Below are positions 33,691 through 46,707 of a DNA stretch of 64,000 nucleotides, in pieces. The notes beneath the pieces are model-generated. The model made no database searches and was not told the DNA's origin. It was given only the letters and a program-made list of their open reading frames with translations. The position numbers and the translations under genes are program-made. Numbering within the stretch: position 1 is the first letter of the stretch; each line of letters opens with the position of its first letter. Source of the stretch: Bryobacteraceae bacterium (lineage in GTDB: Bacteria > Acidobacteriota > Terriglobia > Bryobacterales > Bryobacteraceae); assembly GCA_035297145.1 (NCBI GenBank), contig DATGZN010000030.1:6881-70880 (forward strand), written 5' to 3'.

Positions 33691-34005
33691 TCAACCCAGC
33701 AGATCAAGAACTGCTTCCAGTTCGCTGCGTGTGTGCTGATCGCCGATCTCCATGCAGACGGCGATGCCGCGGCGGTAAAATTCACGCGCTTGATCGGGCT
33801 TGCCGATTTTTTCCAGCGCCTGTCCGCCGTGATAATAGGCAGCCACGTACTTGGGATTGATCTCGATTAACTTGGCGTACTCCTCCATGGCTTGCGCGTG
33901 GTCTCCGGCACTCGCGTACGCCATCGCCAGGCCATAGCGAGCGAAGCTGTCGCTTGCATTCTGCGCGACGAGATTCTTCAAAATGTCCAACCGATTCTCC
34001 GCCAT
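33691..34005 (-). CDS. Small tetratricopeptide-repeat protein.
   Basis: ARYGLAMAYASAGDHAQAMEEYAKLIEINPKYVAAYYHGGQALEKIGKPDQAREFYRRGI forms two to three TPR units. Start chosen at MAENR. Confidence 0.6.
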   Translation of the reverse strand: MAENRLDILKNLVAQNASDSFARYGLAMAYASAGDHAQAMEEYAKLIEINPKYVAAYYHGGQALEKIGKPDQAREFYRRGIAVCMEIGDQHTRSELEAVLDLLG

Positions 34006-34025
34006 CCCTGTGCTACTATACCTCG

Positions 34026-34433
34026 GTGGCGTGCCCATTTTTCGAGCCTCTCGAACGACTGCGGGAAGCTACAACCCGCGTGCCGCTGGGTGATCTCTGG
34101 CGCGGCGTTTGCAGAGTGGAGGGTGCGCCGTATACTCCCGACGATTCCGCAGTCAGCGAACTTTGCAACATGGGTTACGCGCGCGGAAGATGCCCGCGGT
34201 ATCCGCAGGCAGATGATGGTGACGCCGTCCGCTTCCTGATTGCGCGCGACCGGGATGAGTTGATCCGAATCCAATACGTCGTGGAACGCGATCATCATCC
34301 CTATGCGCATGGTGCGCTCGAATATAGCCGGCCGCTCGGCGCCTTTCCCGGCTCTAGCGCGGACGCGTTGCTCACGCGCCAGGCGCTGGCATATGTGACA
34401 AGCTATCTCCGCCGCCGCCCGGTCGCGGCTTGA
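34026..34433 (+). CDS. Conserved-looking hypothetical protein (Cys-rich N-terminus).
   Basis: The ORF ends with an ATGA-type junction to the next gene. The in-frame GTG at 34026 avoids overlap with the divergent TPR gene. No family recognised. Confidence 0.4.
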   Translation: MACPFFEPLERLREATTRVPLGDLWRGVCRVEGAPYTPDDSAVSELCNMGYARGRCPRYPQADDGDAVRFLIARDRDELIRIQYVVERDHHPYAHGALEYSRPLGAFPGSSADALLTRQALAYVTSYLRRRPVAA

Positions 34434-34924
34434 CGGATTCGGTCACCATGCAAGGCAAACGCGTTCAGGAATCGCAGTCGGAATACTCAGAACTCGCGCT
34501 GCCGAATGACGCCAACGTGCTGGGGCACGTGTTGGGCGGCAAAGTCATGCACCTGGTTGACCTGGCCGGCGCCCTGGCTGCGCTGCGTCATGCCCGATGT
34601 CCAGTGGTGACGGCATCGGTTGACCATATGAGTTTTCTGCATCCGGTGCACATCGGAGAGCTGATCATGCTGCGATCTTCGGTGAACCGCGTATTCCACA
34701 CTTCCATGGAGGTGGGCGTCAAGGTCTGGGTGGAGAATCTGCGAACGGGAGACCGGAGGCACACGTCGTCGGCCTATTTGACATTTGTCGCCGTCAACGC
34801 TGAGGGGACGTGTGTGCCAATCGTACCCGTAATTCCTGAAACCGCGGAAGAGAAGAGACGATTCGAAGAAGCATTGCAGAGGCGCGAGTATCGGCTGGAT
34901 CTGCGACGCAGGCCAAAGCACTAA
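34430..34924 (+). CDS. Acyl-CoA thioesterase (hotdog fold, YciA-like).
   Basis: PNDANVLGHVLGGKVMHLVDLAG...VTASVDHMSFLHPVHIGELI...TSMEVGVKV. Confidence 0.8.
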   Translation: MTDSVTMQGKRVQESQSEYSELALPNDANVLGHVLGGKVMHLVDLAGALAALRHARCPVVTASVDHMSFLHPVHIGELIMLRSSVNRVFHTSMEVGVKVWVENLRTGDRRHTSSAYLTFVAVNAEGTCVPIVPVIPETAEEKRRFEEALQRREYRLDLRRRPKH

Positions 34925-34954
34925 GCGGGAGTTCCCTTACCGAAAGGACACGTC

Positions 34955-35635
34955 ATGAACGCACCGAATTCATTTATCAACGCAATTGACGATCAAGTAA
35001 ATGCCCGTCGAATTTTGCTGCATCCGTTTTATCAGCGCTGGACCGCGGGACTTTTGAGCCGCGAGGCGCTGGCTGACTACGCAACGCAGTACTACCATCA
35101 CGTAGCGGCGTTTCCGACATATCTGTCCGCGGTACACGCGAATACCGGCGACGGAGAAACAAGGCGCGAAATCCTGGCGAACCTGGTGGATGAAGAGGCA
35201 GGGAATCCGAACCATCCCGAGCTTTGGCTGCGTTTCGCGGAAGGTGTGGGCGTTGATCGCGAAGACGCACGACGGGCTGAGCTGTGGGGCGAGACGCGGA
35301 ACCTCATAACGACCTTCCGGTCGATATGCCGGAACGGAAGCACTGCCGAAGGGCTGGCGGCACTGTATGCGTACGAGAGCCAGATTCCGGCAGTGGCGGA
35401 ATCGAAAATCGAAGGACTAAAAAAGCATTACGGTATCGACAGCGCGCGAACCCTGGCATACTTCGATGTGCACATCCAGGCTGACAAGGAACACGCCGCC
35501 GTGGAGCAAAAGCTGCTGGCGCGGTACGTCGATGAGAGCAACGCTGAGGCGGTTGAGAAGTCCGTGGCACAGGTACTCGATGCCCTGTGGGAAATGTTGT
35601 CGGGCGTGGAGCGGCGGCATCCTCTAGCGGCTTGA
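34955..35635 (+). CDS. CADD/PqqC/TenA-like haem-oxygenase-fold di-iron protein.
   Basis: HPFYQRWTAGLLSREALADYATQYYHHV...LVDEEAGNPNHPELWLRFAEGVG...AYESQIP...DVHIQADKEH. Confidence 0.7.
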   Translation: MNAPNSFINAIDDQVNARRILLHPFYQRWTAGLLSREALADYATQYYHHVAAFPTYLSAVHANTGDGETRREILANLVDEEAGNPNHPELWLRFAEGVGVDREDARRAELWGETRNLITTFRSICRNGSTAEGLAALYAYESQIPAVAESKIEGLKKHYGIDSARTLAYFDVHIQADKEHAAVEQKLLARYVDESNAEAVEKSVAQVLDALWEMLSGVERRHPLAA

Positions 35636-36490
35636 TCCGCCCGGAATACACAACAAGTTGTCGATGAGGCGCGTCTTGCCGATCCAGATAGCGCCCGCAA
35701 TACGCACGGGTTGCGTGATCTGGCCCACGGGCTGCATTTCGTCGGCGGCCACGATTTCGAGGTATTCGACTCGGACCTCAGGATGTTTTTCGAAAACCCG
35801 GGCCGCTTCGCGCTTGATGGCGTCCGCACCGGTGGCGCCCAAGGTGATGAGCGACTGTGCCGACCTCAGCGCTTGGATCAGCACCGGGGCGATTTGCCGC
35901 TCTTCGACGCTGAGGTGCTGGTTGCGTGAACTGAGCGCCAACCCGTCGGCCTCGCGGACGGTCGGCACCTCCACGATGGTGACTGCCACATTCAGATCGG
36001 AAACCATGCGCCGGATTACGGCGAGCTGCTGGGCGTCCTTCTCGCCGAAATAGGCGCGGTCGGGCCTCGCGATGTTGAGCAGCTTGAGCACAACCGTCGC
36101 CACACCGCGAAAATGTCCGGGACGGAACTGGCCGCAAAGGTAATCGGTCACGCGATCCACCTCGACGAACGCGCGCTGCGGCCGCGGGTACATTTCTTCA
36201 GCGGACGGCGCAAAAACAACATCCACGCCGCGTGCAGCGCAGAACTCCATGTCCGTCGCCAATGTGCGCGGATAGCGGTCATAGTCATCTCCGCCATCGA
36301 ATTGAATCGGATTGACGAAAATGCTCGCGACCACACAGGCGCATTCCGAGCGAGCGGTGTCGATCAGCCGGGCATGCCCGGCGTGGAGGGCGCCCATCGT
36401 GGGTACAAATCCGATGAGCTGTCGTGTTAACCGGACAGAGTCAAGGATACGTTGCAGATCTCCAATGGAGTGAACGAGCTGAACGCTCAC
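35624..36490 (-). CDS. panC: Pantoate--beta-alanine ligase.
   Basis: GFVPTMGALHAGHARLI and FGEKDAQQL motifs. Confidence 0.9.
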   Translation of the reverse strand: MSVQLVHSIGDLQRILDSVRLTRQLIGFVPTMGALHAGHARLIDTARSECACVVASIFVNPIQFDGGDDYDRYPRTLATDMEFCAARGVDVVFAPSAEEMYPRPQRAFVEVDRVTDYLCGQFRPGHFRGVATVVLKLLNIARPDRAYFGEKDAQQLAVIRRMVSDLNVAVTIVEVPTVREADGLALSSRNQHLSVEERQIAPVLIQALRSAQSLITLGATGADAIKREAARVFEKHPEVRVEYLEIVAADEMQPVGQITQPVRIAGAIWIGKTRLIDNLLCIPGGSSR

Positions 36491-37311
36491 TTCCCTGAGC
36501 CGGTCGCCTGACGGTCGAGTTGAGGAAACCGGCCGCAGCGGACATCCTGGGCGTACGCTTTGGCGGCCTCGACCATCTGCTCCGCGAGGTTGGCGTACTG
36601 TTTTACGAATGGCGGCACGGATTCGTCGTTCAAGCCGAAGGCATCGTAGCTAACAAGAACCTGGCCGTCGCAGTAGGGACCGGCGCCAATGCCAATGGTG
36701 GGAATCGTCAGCTCTCGGGTAACGGTTCTGGCGACCTCGGCAGGGATCGATTCCAACACGATTGAAAATGCGCCGGCTTCTTCCAACGCGTTAGCGTCTT
36801 CAACGAGTTGAGCGGCTTCTGGTTCGCTTTTGGCCTGCATCCGATAGCCACTTAACTGATGGACATGCTGGGGTAGCAACCCCAGGTGCCCCATCACAGG
36901 AATTCCCGCCTCGACCAGCCGAGCCACCACTTCCAGCATTGGGCGCCCGCCCTCGAGTTTCACGGCAGCGGCCCCGCCTTCTTGGAGTAATCTACCCGCA
37001 TTGCGCACGGCTTCGCTGGTGGTCAACTGATAGGTAAGAAAAGGCATATCGGCGACGACCAGCGCGTGCCGGGCGCCCCGCGTAACGGCTTGCGTATGGT
37101 GCAGAACGGCATCCAGTGTCACCGGCAGCGTGGAATCATGGCCTTCGATGATCATGCCAAGCGAATCGCCTACCAGGAGGACATCAATGCCGGCGCGATC
37201 CAGCAGGCGCGCCATAGTGGCGTCGTAGACAGTGAGCATGGCGATTTTTTCGCCGCGCTCTTTCTTTTCTTGCAGATCGCGAATGCGCACACGCCTGGCG
37301 GGCTCGGCCAT
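36487..37311 (-). CDS. panB: 3-methyl-2-oxobutanoate hydroxymethyltransferase.
   Basis: MLTVYDATMA...LLVGDSLGM...VVADMPF...VKLEGG...GHLGLLPQ. Confidence 0.9.
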   Translation of the reverse strand: MAEPARRVRIRDLQEKKERGEKIAMLTVYDATMARLLDRAGIDVLLVGDSLGMIIEGHDSTLPVTLDAVLHHTQAVTRGARHALVVADMPFLTYQLTTSEAVRNAGRLLQEGGAAAVKLEGGRPMLEVVARLVEAGIPVMGHLGLLPQHVHQLSGYRMQAKSEPEAAQLVEDANALEEAGAFSIVLESIPAEVARTVTRELTIPTIGIGAGPYCDGQVLVSYDAFGLNDESVPPFVKQYANLAEQMVEAAKAYAQDVRCGRFPQLDRQATGSGK

Positions 37312-37346
37312 TCCGCTTCTATGTTCTCACAGAGCAGAAAACGGTA

Positions 37347-37754
37347 CTACTGGGGCTCCTCTTTGTACATGTACTTTATATTGGGCTTATAGAGAAGTAG
37401 ATTGGGCTCGCCGTCGCGGTTCACCTTCAAGCACGATTTGTCGTACCACTCAATGACTCCACGGAGCGTTTCACCGTCGCGCAACACGAAGACCATGGGA
37501 GTTTTGGCCTGCATCTGCTTGACGTAATAAAAATTTTCAGCGTTGGTCTGATCCGGGGGAACAGGCTTCTTCTGCGGGGCGCGCCGCGGCGGGCTCAGCT
37601 GCTCTTTGATCTCGTTAAAGGACGGACGGATGAGTTTTCGATTCGCGGACTCCACAGCTTTACCTTCCTTGATTTCAAAATACTCGGTATCGTTGAGCTC
37701 AATCCGGGAGCCTTTGGTGGATCGAGGTGTACGACTTGAAATTATGAATATCAC
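37347..37754 (-). CDS. Hfq-like (Sm-fold) protein with an N-terminal extension. The start is uncertain.
   Basis: ENFYYVKQMQAKTPMVFVLRDGETLRGVIEWYDKSCLKVNRDGEPNLLLYKPNIKYMY parallels the Hfq Sm1/Sm2 pattern (F-L-N...V-x-I-x-L-x-NG-x-x-L-x-G-x-I-x-x-FD...L-x-YKHAI). The long ORF to 37982 would overlap the divergent gene, so I chose the in-frame GTG at 37754. Confidence 0.5.
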   Translation of the reverse strand: MIFIISSRTPRSTKGSRIELNDTEYFEIKEGKAVESANRKLIRPSFNEIKEQLSPPRRAPQKKPVPPDQTNAENFYYVKQMQAKTPMVFVLRDGETLRGVIEWYDKSCLKVNRDGEPNLLLYKPNIKYMYKEEPQ

Positions 37755-37904
37755 AACGGCGTGGCAGCCGCAACGCGGGGGTGTGTATGGAACAGGACGG
37801 TCTGAAGGGGTTGAATTACGGCTGGCCCGCGTGTCCGAATCCGCGCGATAGAAACTTTTAATTGGACCGCCTTCGGCTGGCCGCACTACGCTCGATGTTG
37901 GGTC

Positions 37905-38639
37905 ATGGCGTCGCAACTCGATCTTCTGCACCAGATCAGCAAGATTGTCAGCTCCGGTTCCACGCTGGACGAGATGCTGCAAGAGTTGGTGCGGCTAACC
38001 GTCGCGGTCACAAGCTGTGATGCATGCCTGCTCTATCTCGCCGAGCCAGATGGCGATGAGGTGCTGCGTGCGTCCCAGCTGCCGCATATCGCCGAGATCG
38101 GACAGATTCGCATCAAAGCGGGCGAAGGGGTGACTGGATGGGTGGCGGAACACAAGTCCGTAGTGGCGCTGGACGCCAACGCCTATGCCGACAAGCGGTT
38201 CAAGAAGCTCCCTGGCCTGGTGGAAGACACCTATGAGGCATTTCTGTCCGTACCTCTCGTCAGCCGGGGTGAAGTGATCGGCGTGATCAACGTGCATCAC
38301 AAACAACCGCGCCAGCACCCCAAGGAAGAAATCGCGCTGCTCACCTTCATGGGCGAGCAGATGGGCGGAGCGATCGCAAAGTCGCGCCTACACGCGGAGA
38401 ATGCGCGATTGCAGGAAGAAACCCTGGAAATGAAGCGCCAGCTGGAGACGCGCAAGCTGGTGGAGCGGGCTAAGGGGATTCTGCAATCCAAGTACAAACT
38501 GACGGAGGAGGCAGCGTACTTGCGCCTGCGCAACGAGAGCCGGCGGCTACGGCGACCCATGCGTGACCTGGCAGAAGCAATCATTCTTGCGGAGGACGTC
38601 AGCGGTGGATCGAAAATCGGCGGCGGAGAGCCGGTTTAG
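37905..38639 (+). CDS. GAF plus ANTAR domain RNA-binding regulator.
   Basis: GAF-like N-terminus (ACLLYLAEPDGD...GEGVTGWVAEH...GVINVHH). C-terminal ANTAR (LETRKLVERAKGILQSKYKLTEEAAYLRLRNESRRLRRPMRDLAEAII). Confidence 0.8.
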   Translation: MASQLDLLHQISKIVSSGSTLDEMLQELVRLTVAVTSCDACLLYLAEPDGDEVLRASQLPHIAEIGQIRIKAGEGVTGWVAEHKSVVALDANAYADKRFKKLPGLVEDTYEAFLSVPLVSRGEVIGVINVHHKQPRQHPKEEIALLTFMGEQMGGAIAKSRLHAENARLQEETLEMKRQLETRKLVERAKGILQSKYKLTEEAAYLRLRNESRRLRRPMRDLAEAIILAEDVSGGSKIGGGEPV

Positions 38640-39040
38640 TGGGCTATGGCCATAGCCGCCCGTTGTCCGGCCAGCAAGGCAGATTGAACCAGCCAGGAAA
38701 TATGCTGATGTTCGAACGGCGCAGCGCAATAGTCGGTCGCGCCGGCCTCGATGGCGTCCAGCCATTCCGACGTCTCCGGAATTCGACTCACCACCACCAC
38801 CGGCACTTGCAGGCTGCTCTGCCCGATAGCGGCCAGGAGGCGCTGGTACTCGCTCCGGTCCGAGTTGCAAAACACGACATCGGCCCGGAGCTTCTCCGCG
38901 ACGGAAATACATTCCAACGTGGAGACGGTCGCATGGAGCGTGCGTCCGGGCTGTGCAACTGCGTCACACAGTTGCGTGGCGAGCGTTGCGTCCAGTCCGT
39001 GCAAAATAAAGTTTTGGGTTGAATCACGATCTCTTAACAT
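38636..39040 (-). CDS. Single-domain response-regulator receiver-like protein.
   Basis: ADVVFCNSD...VPVVVVSR...WLDAIEAGATDYCAAPF receiver pattern. GGAAGGA SD before the ATG at 39040. Confidence 0.6.
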   Translation of the reverse strand: MLRDRDSTQNFILHGLDATLATQLCDAVAQPGRTLHATVSTLECISVAEKLRADVVFCNSDRSEYQRLLAAIGQSSLQVPVVVVSRIPETSEWLDAIEAGATDYCAAPFEHQHISWLVQSALLAGQRAAMAIAH

Positions 39041-39433
39041 ACGGGTCCTTCCACTCGACTGGGAGAATGGTTGGATCTGCGCGGACCGGCTTCTCATAAG
39101 GGGAGGTGACACCACCTACTAGTTACAAGAATAGGATACTAGGAGTACTAGGTCCAATTGAACTTACGAATGGCCGCGATAAGCGGAACAGTTGGGTAAT
39201 TATCTCGCCGTGTACCGCGATTCGGTGCGGGCGGCAGGGCGCGTTAACGTGCCCGGTTACAAATTTATTACCGGCGGTTGCACAACGAGCACCTTTGGAG
39301 TATCTTCGTCATTAACTTTCTTGGTTGGCTGGAGAAAAACCCGATTTACGCAGCCAGCCGGAAACTGCAAGGGGCACGAACATCGGATTTCAGGGGCCCG
39401 TTCACGTACACGGGATCAAAGGGAGGGTTGATC

Positions 39434-42400
39434 ATGACGAGAAGCAGCGTGGGAAGTCTGTTGACCGGGTTTCTGGTGGCCGCGTCTATTTCGCCGGTTT
39501 GGGGCCAGGCCGTAGCCAATGCGCAGATCTCGGGGTCGGTGGTCGATGCGTCCGGGGCCGCCGTGCCGGGCGCGAAAATAACGGCGAAGCAGACCGACAC
39601 GCAACAGGAGCGAACCACGGTTTCTGGGACGGATGGCGCCTACGTACTGCCGAATCTTCCGGTCGGCCCCTACCGTTTCGAGGTGCAAGCCAGCGGCTTC
39701 ACTACTTATCTCCAGACGGGAATCCGGCTTGAGGTCAGCAACGAAGTGACCTTGAACGTCACGCTGCGCGTTGGCGAGGTCAAGCAGCAGGTTGAAGTGT
39801 CGGCCGATGCCAGCATGGTGGAGACGCAGAACACTGCGGTCTCGCAAGTCATCGATCAACGTAGCGTTGTCGATCTGCCGCTAAACGGCCGCCAGGCCAC
39901 GCAGTTGATTATGTTGGCGGGCGGAGCGAACGACGTTGGGCCGGCGAACGGATACAGCGATTTGACGGGGAGCAAGAACTATTTCAGCGCGGACGCCATT
40001 TCCGTGGCTGGGGGACAGGCTGATGGCACAAACTACCTGCTAGATGGCGGCGAGCATATGGACACCTTTTCCAATGTGAACCTGCCATTCCCCTTCCCCG
40101 ACGCCATCCAGGAATTCAGTGTGCAGACCAGCAGTCTCTCCTCGCAATACGGAGTGCATCCCGGCGCTGTGGTAAACGCGATCACCAAATCTGGCACCAA
40201 CCAGTTCCATGGCGATGCCTTCGAGTTTGTGCGCAACGGCGACTTTAATGCACGCGATTTCTTTGCCCCAACGACGGACAGTCTCAAGCGGAATCAGTTT
40301 GGCGGAACGCTGGGCGCCCCGATAAAAAAGGACAAGATTTTCGGCTTTTTTGGATACCAGGGAACGGAGATCCGGACAGCACCGCCTTCGACGATTGCCC
40401 ACGTCCCAACTCAAGCAGCGATCGGCGGAGATTTCAGCCAGCTTGCATCGGCGGCTTGCCAGTCGAGCGGTACTGCTCGTACGCTGATTGATCCGACGAA
40501 CGGACAACCCTTCGCAGGAAATGTTATTCCTACGTCACGACTCAACCCACAGGCTTTGAATATTCTCAAGTATGTTCCGGTTTCGGGCGATCCTTGTGGC
40601 GAGATCACTTACTCAATTCCCGAGCCGCAAAGAGAGACACAATACATTGGCCGTGTGGATTGGAACCAGAGCTCTAAGCACAATCTGTTTGGGCGTTACT
40701 TCTACGCAGATTATGCCAGCCCGGCCGCGTTTAACAACGACTTGCTACTGACCACGCAGCGCGGCGTATTGGATCGCAGCCAATCGGCGACCATCGGCGA
40801 TACTTACTCGATCAATCCGACAACAGTGAATTCGGCGCACCTGACCTGGACACGCCTTGCGATTACGCGAGGCCCGGCACTCAATGACGTCAATTACACG
40901 GACGTTGGTGTAAACATGTATTCACCTGTAAATTTCTTGAACCTCGGCGTTAATGGCTATTTCAACTCAGGCTGTGGCTCATGCGCGCCTGCGTTGTTCG
41001 ATCAGGACTCGTACCAAGTTGCGGACGATATCGATATGATCCGCGGCCGGCATCACTTCTCATTCGGTGCAGACTATGTTCGGATGGGGTTCAATTACAG
41101 AAACAATGTCGTCTCCAACGGATTCTTTGGTTTTAACGGGCAATTCACCGGCGACGCTTTGGCTGATTTCATGCTGGGCGCGCCCAACAGCTTTCAGCAA
41201 GGAGCTATTCAGCCGTTTGATGGCCGGCAAAATTATGTAGGCGCCTACGCACACGACAACATTCGCCTCAGCAAGCAACTCAACGTGCAGCTCGGCGTGC
41301 GTTGGGAGCCTTACTTGGCTGCGAAAGAGAAGTATAACCGGATGCAGCACTTTGACGAAGCGGCCTTTATCGCGGGCGTGAAAACGGGCCAGTACGTCAA
41401 CGCTCCGCCAGGCCTGTCTTTTCCCGGAGATCCGGGGGAGCCAAGTGGGTACACGTTCAACAGACCCTGGATCTTTGAACCTCGCGTCGGCGTGGCCTGG
41501 GATCCGACCGGTGATGGAAAACAGACCGTTCGCGCCGGCTTCGGACTCTTCTATGACCTGATGCCGACCGCGTACCAGGAAGATCAAACTGCCGACGCTC
41601 CCTGGGCCGACGAGCTCAGTTTGCCCAGCCCCGCCGGAGGGCTGTCCAACCCATACGCTGGATATCCAGGTGGCAATCCCTTCCCGCAACCCAGCCCGCC
41701 CACCAAAAACCAGGCTTTTCCGCCGGCGGGATTTTACTATACATATCCGCTGCATGCGCATCCCACGTCCGTCTATCAGTGGAACCTGAGTTACGAGCGC
41801 CAGTTGGCCAACAACTGGCTGGTATCGGCAACTTACATTGGCAACAAGAGTAGTCACATATGGACGGGGGAAGACATCAACCACGCCGTTTATATTCCTG
41901 GAAACTGCGGCGGATCGCCTTGCTCTTCCACCTCGAATACGAACCAGAGGCGCGTACTTTACCTGATCAACCCGACGACCGGCGCCGCATTTTCAGATAT
42001 CTATCAGGCTGATGATGGGGCGAACTCTGAGTATCACGGATTGCTTGTCAAAGCCGAGCACCGGTTTAGTAACCATTACAGCGTGATCGCAAACTACACT
42101 TATTCACATTGCATCAGCGAGGCGGATTTTTCGGGCGACCTCGGTGGCGCCTATACCCAAAATCCCAACAATCGGAACGGCGAGCGAGGTAACTGTGGGT
42201 TTGACCTCCGTCAAATCGCCAACTTAACGTTCGTCGTGGAATCACCTCACTTTGCCAACGTGTGGACAAACCGGTTTGCGGGCGGCTGGCAGCTCGCGCC
42301 CATTCTTTCGATCCACAGCGGAACATGGTTTTCAGTCCTCGCCGGACTGGACAACTCCCTCTCAGGCGTCGGGAACGATCGTCCGAATGTCGTCGGAAGT

Positions 42401-42721
42401 CCATATGTCAGAAACCTGAGCACGCAGCAATGGATAAGCCCGGCTGCCTTCGCTCTAAGCCCACTAGGGACATTCGGTAACCTGGGTTCTGATTCGCTGC
42501 TGGGACCAGCCTTCTTCGAGATTGATGCAGCGGTGAGCCGCAACTTCGTCATCAAAGAAAAACAGAAAATTGAGTTGCGATTCGAATTCTTCAATATCAC
42601 CAACCATGTGAACTTCAACGTCCCCAATTTGGACGGCAACATACAGGACCCGACCTTCGGTCAGATTCTGGGTGATGTTACGCCTCGCATTCTGCAATTC
42701 GCAATGAAGTATACGTTCTGA
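39434..42721 (+). CDS. TonB-dependent receptor with an N-terminal carboxypeptidase-regulatory-like domain.
   Basis: GGGAGG SD. Signal peptide. [22 protein letters not shown] (CarboxypepD_reg-like). Plug motif DLPLNGRQ. C-terminal ...LQFAMKYTF. Confidence 0.85.
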   Translation: MTRSSVGSLLTGFLVAASISPVWGQAVANAQISGSVVDASGAAVPGAKITAKQTDTQQERTTVSGTDGAYVLPNLPVGPYRFEVQASGFTTYLQTGIRLEVSNEVTLNVTLRVGEVKQQVEVSADASMVETQNTAVSQVIDQRSVVDLPLNGRQATQLIMLAGGANDVGPANGYSDLTGSKNYFSADAISVAGGQADGTNYLLDGGEHMDTFSNVNLPFPFPDAIQEFSVQTSSLSSQYGVHPGAVVNAITKSGTNQFHGDAFEFVRNGDFNARDFFAPTTDSLKRNQFGGTLGAPIKKDKIFGFFGYQGTEIRTAPPSTIAHVPTQAAIGGDFSQLASAACQSSGTARTLIDPTNGQPFAGNVIPTSRLNPQALNILKYVPVSGDPCGEITYSIPEPQRETQYIGRVDWNQSSKHNLFGRYFYADYASPAAFNNDLLLTTQRGVLDRSQSATIGDTYSINPTTVNSAHLTWTRLAITRGPALNDVNYTDVGVNMYSPVNFLNLGVNGYFNSGCGSCAPALFDQDSYQVADDIDMIRGRHHFSFGADYVRMGFNYRNNVVSNGFFGFNGQFTGDALADFMLGAPNSFQQGAIQPFDGRQNYVGAYAHDNIRLSKQLNVQLGVRWEPYLAAKEKYNRMQHFDEAAFIAGVKTGQYVNAPPGLSFPGDPGEPSGYTFNRPWIFEPRVGVAWDPTGDGKQTVRAGFGLFYDLMPTAYQEDQTADAPWADELSLPSPAGGLSNPYAGYPGGNPFPQPSPPTKNQAFPPAGFYYTYPLHAHPTSVYQWNLSYERQLANNWLVSATYIGNKSSHIWTGEDINHAVYIPGNCGGSPCSSTSNTNQRRVLYLINPTTGAAFSDIYQADDGANSEYHGLLVKAEHRFSNHYSVIANYTYSHCISEADFSGDLGGAYTQNPNNRNGERGNCGFDLRQIANLTFVVESPHFANVWTNRFAGGWQLAPILSIHSGTWFSVLAGLDNSLSGVGNDRPNVVGSPYVRNLSTQQWISPAAFALSPLGTFGNLGSDSLLGPAFFEIDAAVSRNFVIKEKQKIELRFEFFNITNHVNFNVPNLDGNIQDPTFGQILGDVTPRILQFAMKYTF

Positions 42722-42819
42722 GGTCATCTCGGGGGCGCGTTCTCCGCCGCGCCCCCAAACCGCTCGCCGATAAACCTAATCGATTCCCCACCGCGTATCA
42801 TGGAAACGGGGGTACTGCC

Positions 42820-44498
<1,679 letters not shown>

Positions 44499-44502
<4 letters not shown>

Positions 44503-45803
44503 GCGACGCTCTGCTGATCCGCAACGCCGGACAACTCCTGACGTTGCGGGGACCGCAAGCCCCCCGGCGCGGCGATAGCCTGGGCGACCTTGGACTCATT
44601 CGCGATGGGGCTGTGCTGATCCGAAACGGCTCCATTGAAGCGGCGGGACCAGCGGCGGAAGTGGAGCAGCAGGCCAGCGAGGAGCACGACGTCACCGAAA
44701 TCGACGCCAGGGGTTGCGTGGTGATGCCCGGCTTTGTCGACAGCCACACGCATCTTGTCCATGGTCCGCCGAGGCTGCTCGATTACGAGATGCGTCTGCG
44801 CGGCGCCGACTACCACGAGATCTCAGAAGCGGGCGGCGGTATTCTCGCCAGCGTCAAAGCAGTGCGCGCGGCGGCGCCTCAAGACCTGGAAGCACAAGCG
44901 CGGAGCGCGGTCCGCAACTTCGTGCGACATGGGACAACCACCATTGAGGCAAAGTCCGGCTATGGCCTGGATGAGACGGCGGAGTTCAAGACACTGGTGG
45001 TCGTCGCGGCGATCGATGGGCAGCCAGTTGACGTTGTCGCGACGTATCTCGGTGCGCACATCATTCCCGCCGAGTACAAGGGGAACGCCGATGCCTACAT
45101 CCAGTGGATGTGCGAGGAAATGATGCCGCGCATCCGGCGGCAGCGGCTGGCAACATTTGCCGATGTGTACTGCGACCGAGGCGCATTCACCATCGATCAA
45201 GCGCGCCAGTACCTCACATGGGCCCGCGAGCAGGGATTGGAGCTGAAGGTGCATGCCGAACAATTCGAGCACACCGGCGCGGTCCGGATGGCTTGCGAAC
45301 TCAGCGCCACCAGTGCGGACCACCTGGAGCAGGCAGACGCCGATGATGCGGCGGCGCTCGGGCACTCCTCCACCATCGCGACTCTGCTGCCGGGCTCGGT
45401 GTTTCATCTTGGCCTGGATCGCTACGCGCCCGCCCGCCTGCTCATTGAGAACGGCGCGGCGGTAGCGCTGGCAACAGATTTCAATCCCGGCACCAGCCCC
45501 ACGTGCAACATGTCGTTGGTTCTCTCGCTCGCTTGCACACATATGGGGATGTCGCCCGCGGAAGCGATTTCGGCGGCGACGATCAACGGCGCTCACGCCG
45601 TGGGGCGGGCGGAAAGCATTGGATCCCTGGAGCCGGGAAAACAGGCGGATATGATTCTTCTGAACGCTAATGATTACCGTGAAATCCCTTATTGGTTCGG
45701 AGTCAATCTCGTGGATCTAACCATCAAGCGCGGCGTGGTCATCTACCGTCAAGGCGAGGTGATGGAAACAGTAGCCAGGGAGAGGGCCGCGGATGCCCGA
45801 TGA
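44499..45803 (+). CDS. hutI: Imidazolonepropionase.
   Basis: [11 protein letters not shown]...SGYGL...DHLE...ATDFNPG amidohydrolase motifs. ATGA overlap with hutU. Confidence 0.9.
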
Positions 45804-46707
45804 TCCGCACTGGCCGCGCGCCAGTGGATGGCTGAGCGGCGAGCACTCTGCCGATCCCGCGTGCCGCCTTGCCGTATTGGGAGCACCGCTACACTTGGGC
45901 TCCATCACCCCGGGCCGGGCCGATCTCGCGCCTGCCGCGATTCGATCCGTCTTGCACCGGTTCAGCACCTATGACCTGGAGTTCAACCGCGATCTCAGCC
46001 GTATTGCGGCAATCGACCGCGGCGACGTTCCTCTGGCCGATACAAGTCCGGCCGATGCACTCGGTCCTCTGGCGGCTGCGGTGCGGGGTGCGGGCGCTGA
46101 AGCACAAGCCCTCGTAATGATAGGTGGCGACAACAGCATCACTCGGCCTGGGTGCCACGGCATGTGCCACGAGCTCGCGCGTGCCGGCTTGATCACGCTA
46201 GACGCTCATCTGGATCTACGCGATTTGCATCCCGGGCTGACCAATGGAAATCCGGTGCGCGCTCTCCTGGCGGACGGTCTGCCAGGCGCCCAAATCGTGC
46301 AAATTGGCATCCAGCCCTTCGCGAATTCCCGCAAGTACTTTGACGTGGCGCGCGAGGCAGGCATCAAAGTGATTTCTATAGCCGAGGTGCGCGCTATGGG
46401 CATCGAGACTGCCATCTCGGAAGCGCTGGACCGGCTGGATCAGGATGTGGAGGCGATCTACGTCGATCTGGACCTCGACGTTCTCGATCGCGCGTTCGCG
46501 CCGGCTACACCAGGCTCGCGTCCAGGCGGGCTGACTCCGTCGGAAGTCCGCACTGCCGCCCGCTTGTGCGGCGCTCACGCGAAGGTGCGAGTGCTGGACT
46601 TGGTCGAGATCGATCCGACGAAGGACATCGCGGACGCCACGGTATTCGCGGCCGGACTTGCGATGCTTTCATTCGCTTCGGGACTATTGGGCCGCTTTGG
46701 CGGCTAA
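45793..46707 (+). CDS. hutG: Arginase-family formimidoylglutamase/agmatinase-like hydrolase.
   Basis: [16 protein letters not shown] and VDLDLDVLD metal-binding motifs. Positioned after hutU and hutI. Confidence 0.75.
   Translation: MPDDPHWPRASGWLSGEHSADPACRLAVLGAPLHLGSITPGRADLAPAAIRSVLHRFSTYDLEFNRDLSRIAAIDRGDVPLADTSPADALGPLAAAVRGAGAEAQALVMIGGDNSITRPGCHGMCHELARAGLITLDAHLDLRDLHPGLTNGNPVRALLADGLPGAQIVQIGIQPFANSRKYFDVAREAGIKVISIAEVRAMGIETAISEALDRLDQDVEAIYVDLDLDVLDRAFAPATPGSRPGGLTPSEVRTAARLCGAHAKVRVLDLVEIDPTKDIADATVFAAGLAMLSFASGLLGRFGG

Noticed and set aside
39116-39433. Riboswitch, sigma-54 promoter or ANTAR target in the 320-nt leader of the TonB receptor gene.
   Set aside because: Only short, weak stems were found (for example a 5-bp CCGGT/ACCGG stem). 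There is no TGGCAC-N5-TTGC match and no paired hexaloop hairpins identifiable by eye. It needs a covariance-model scan.
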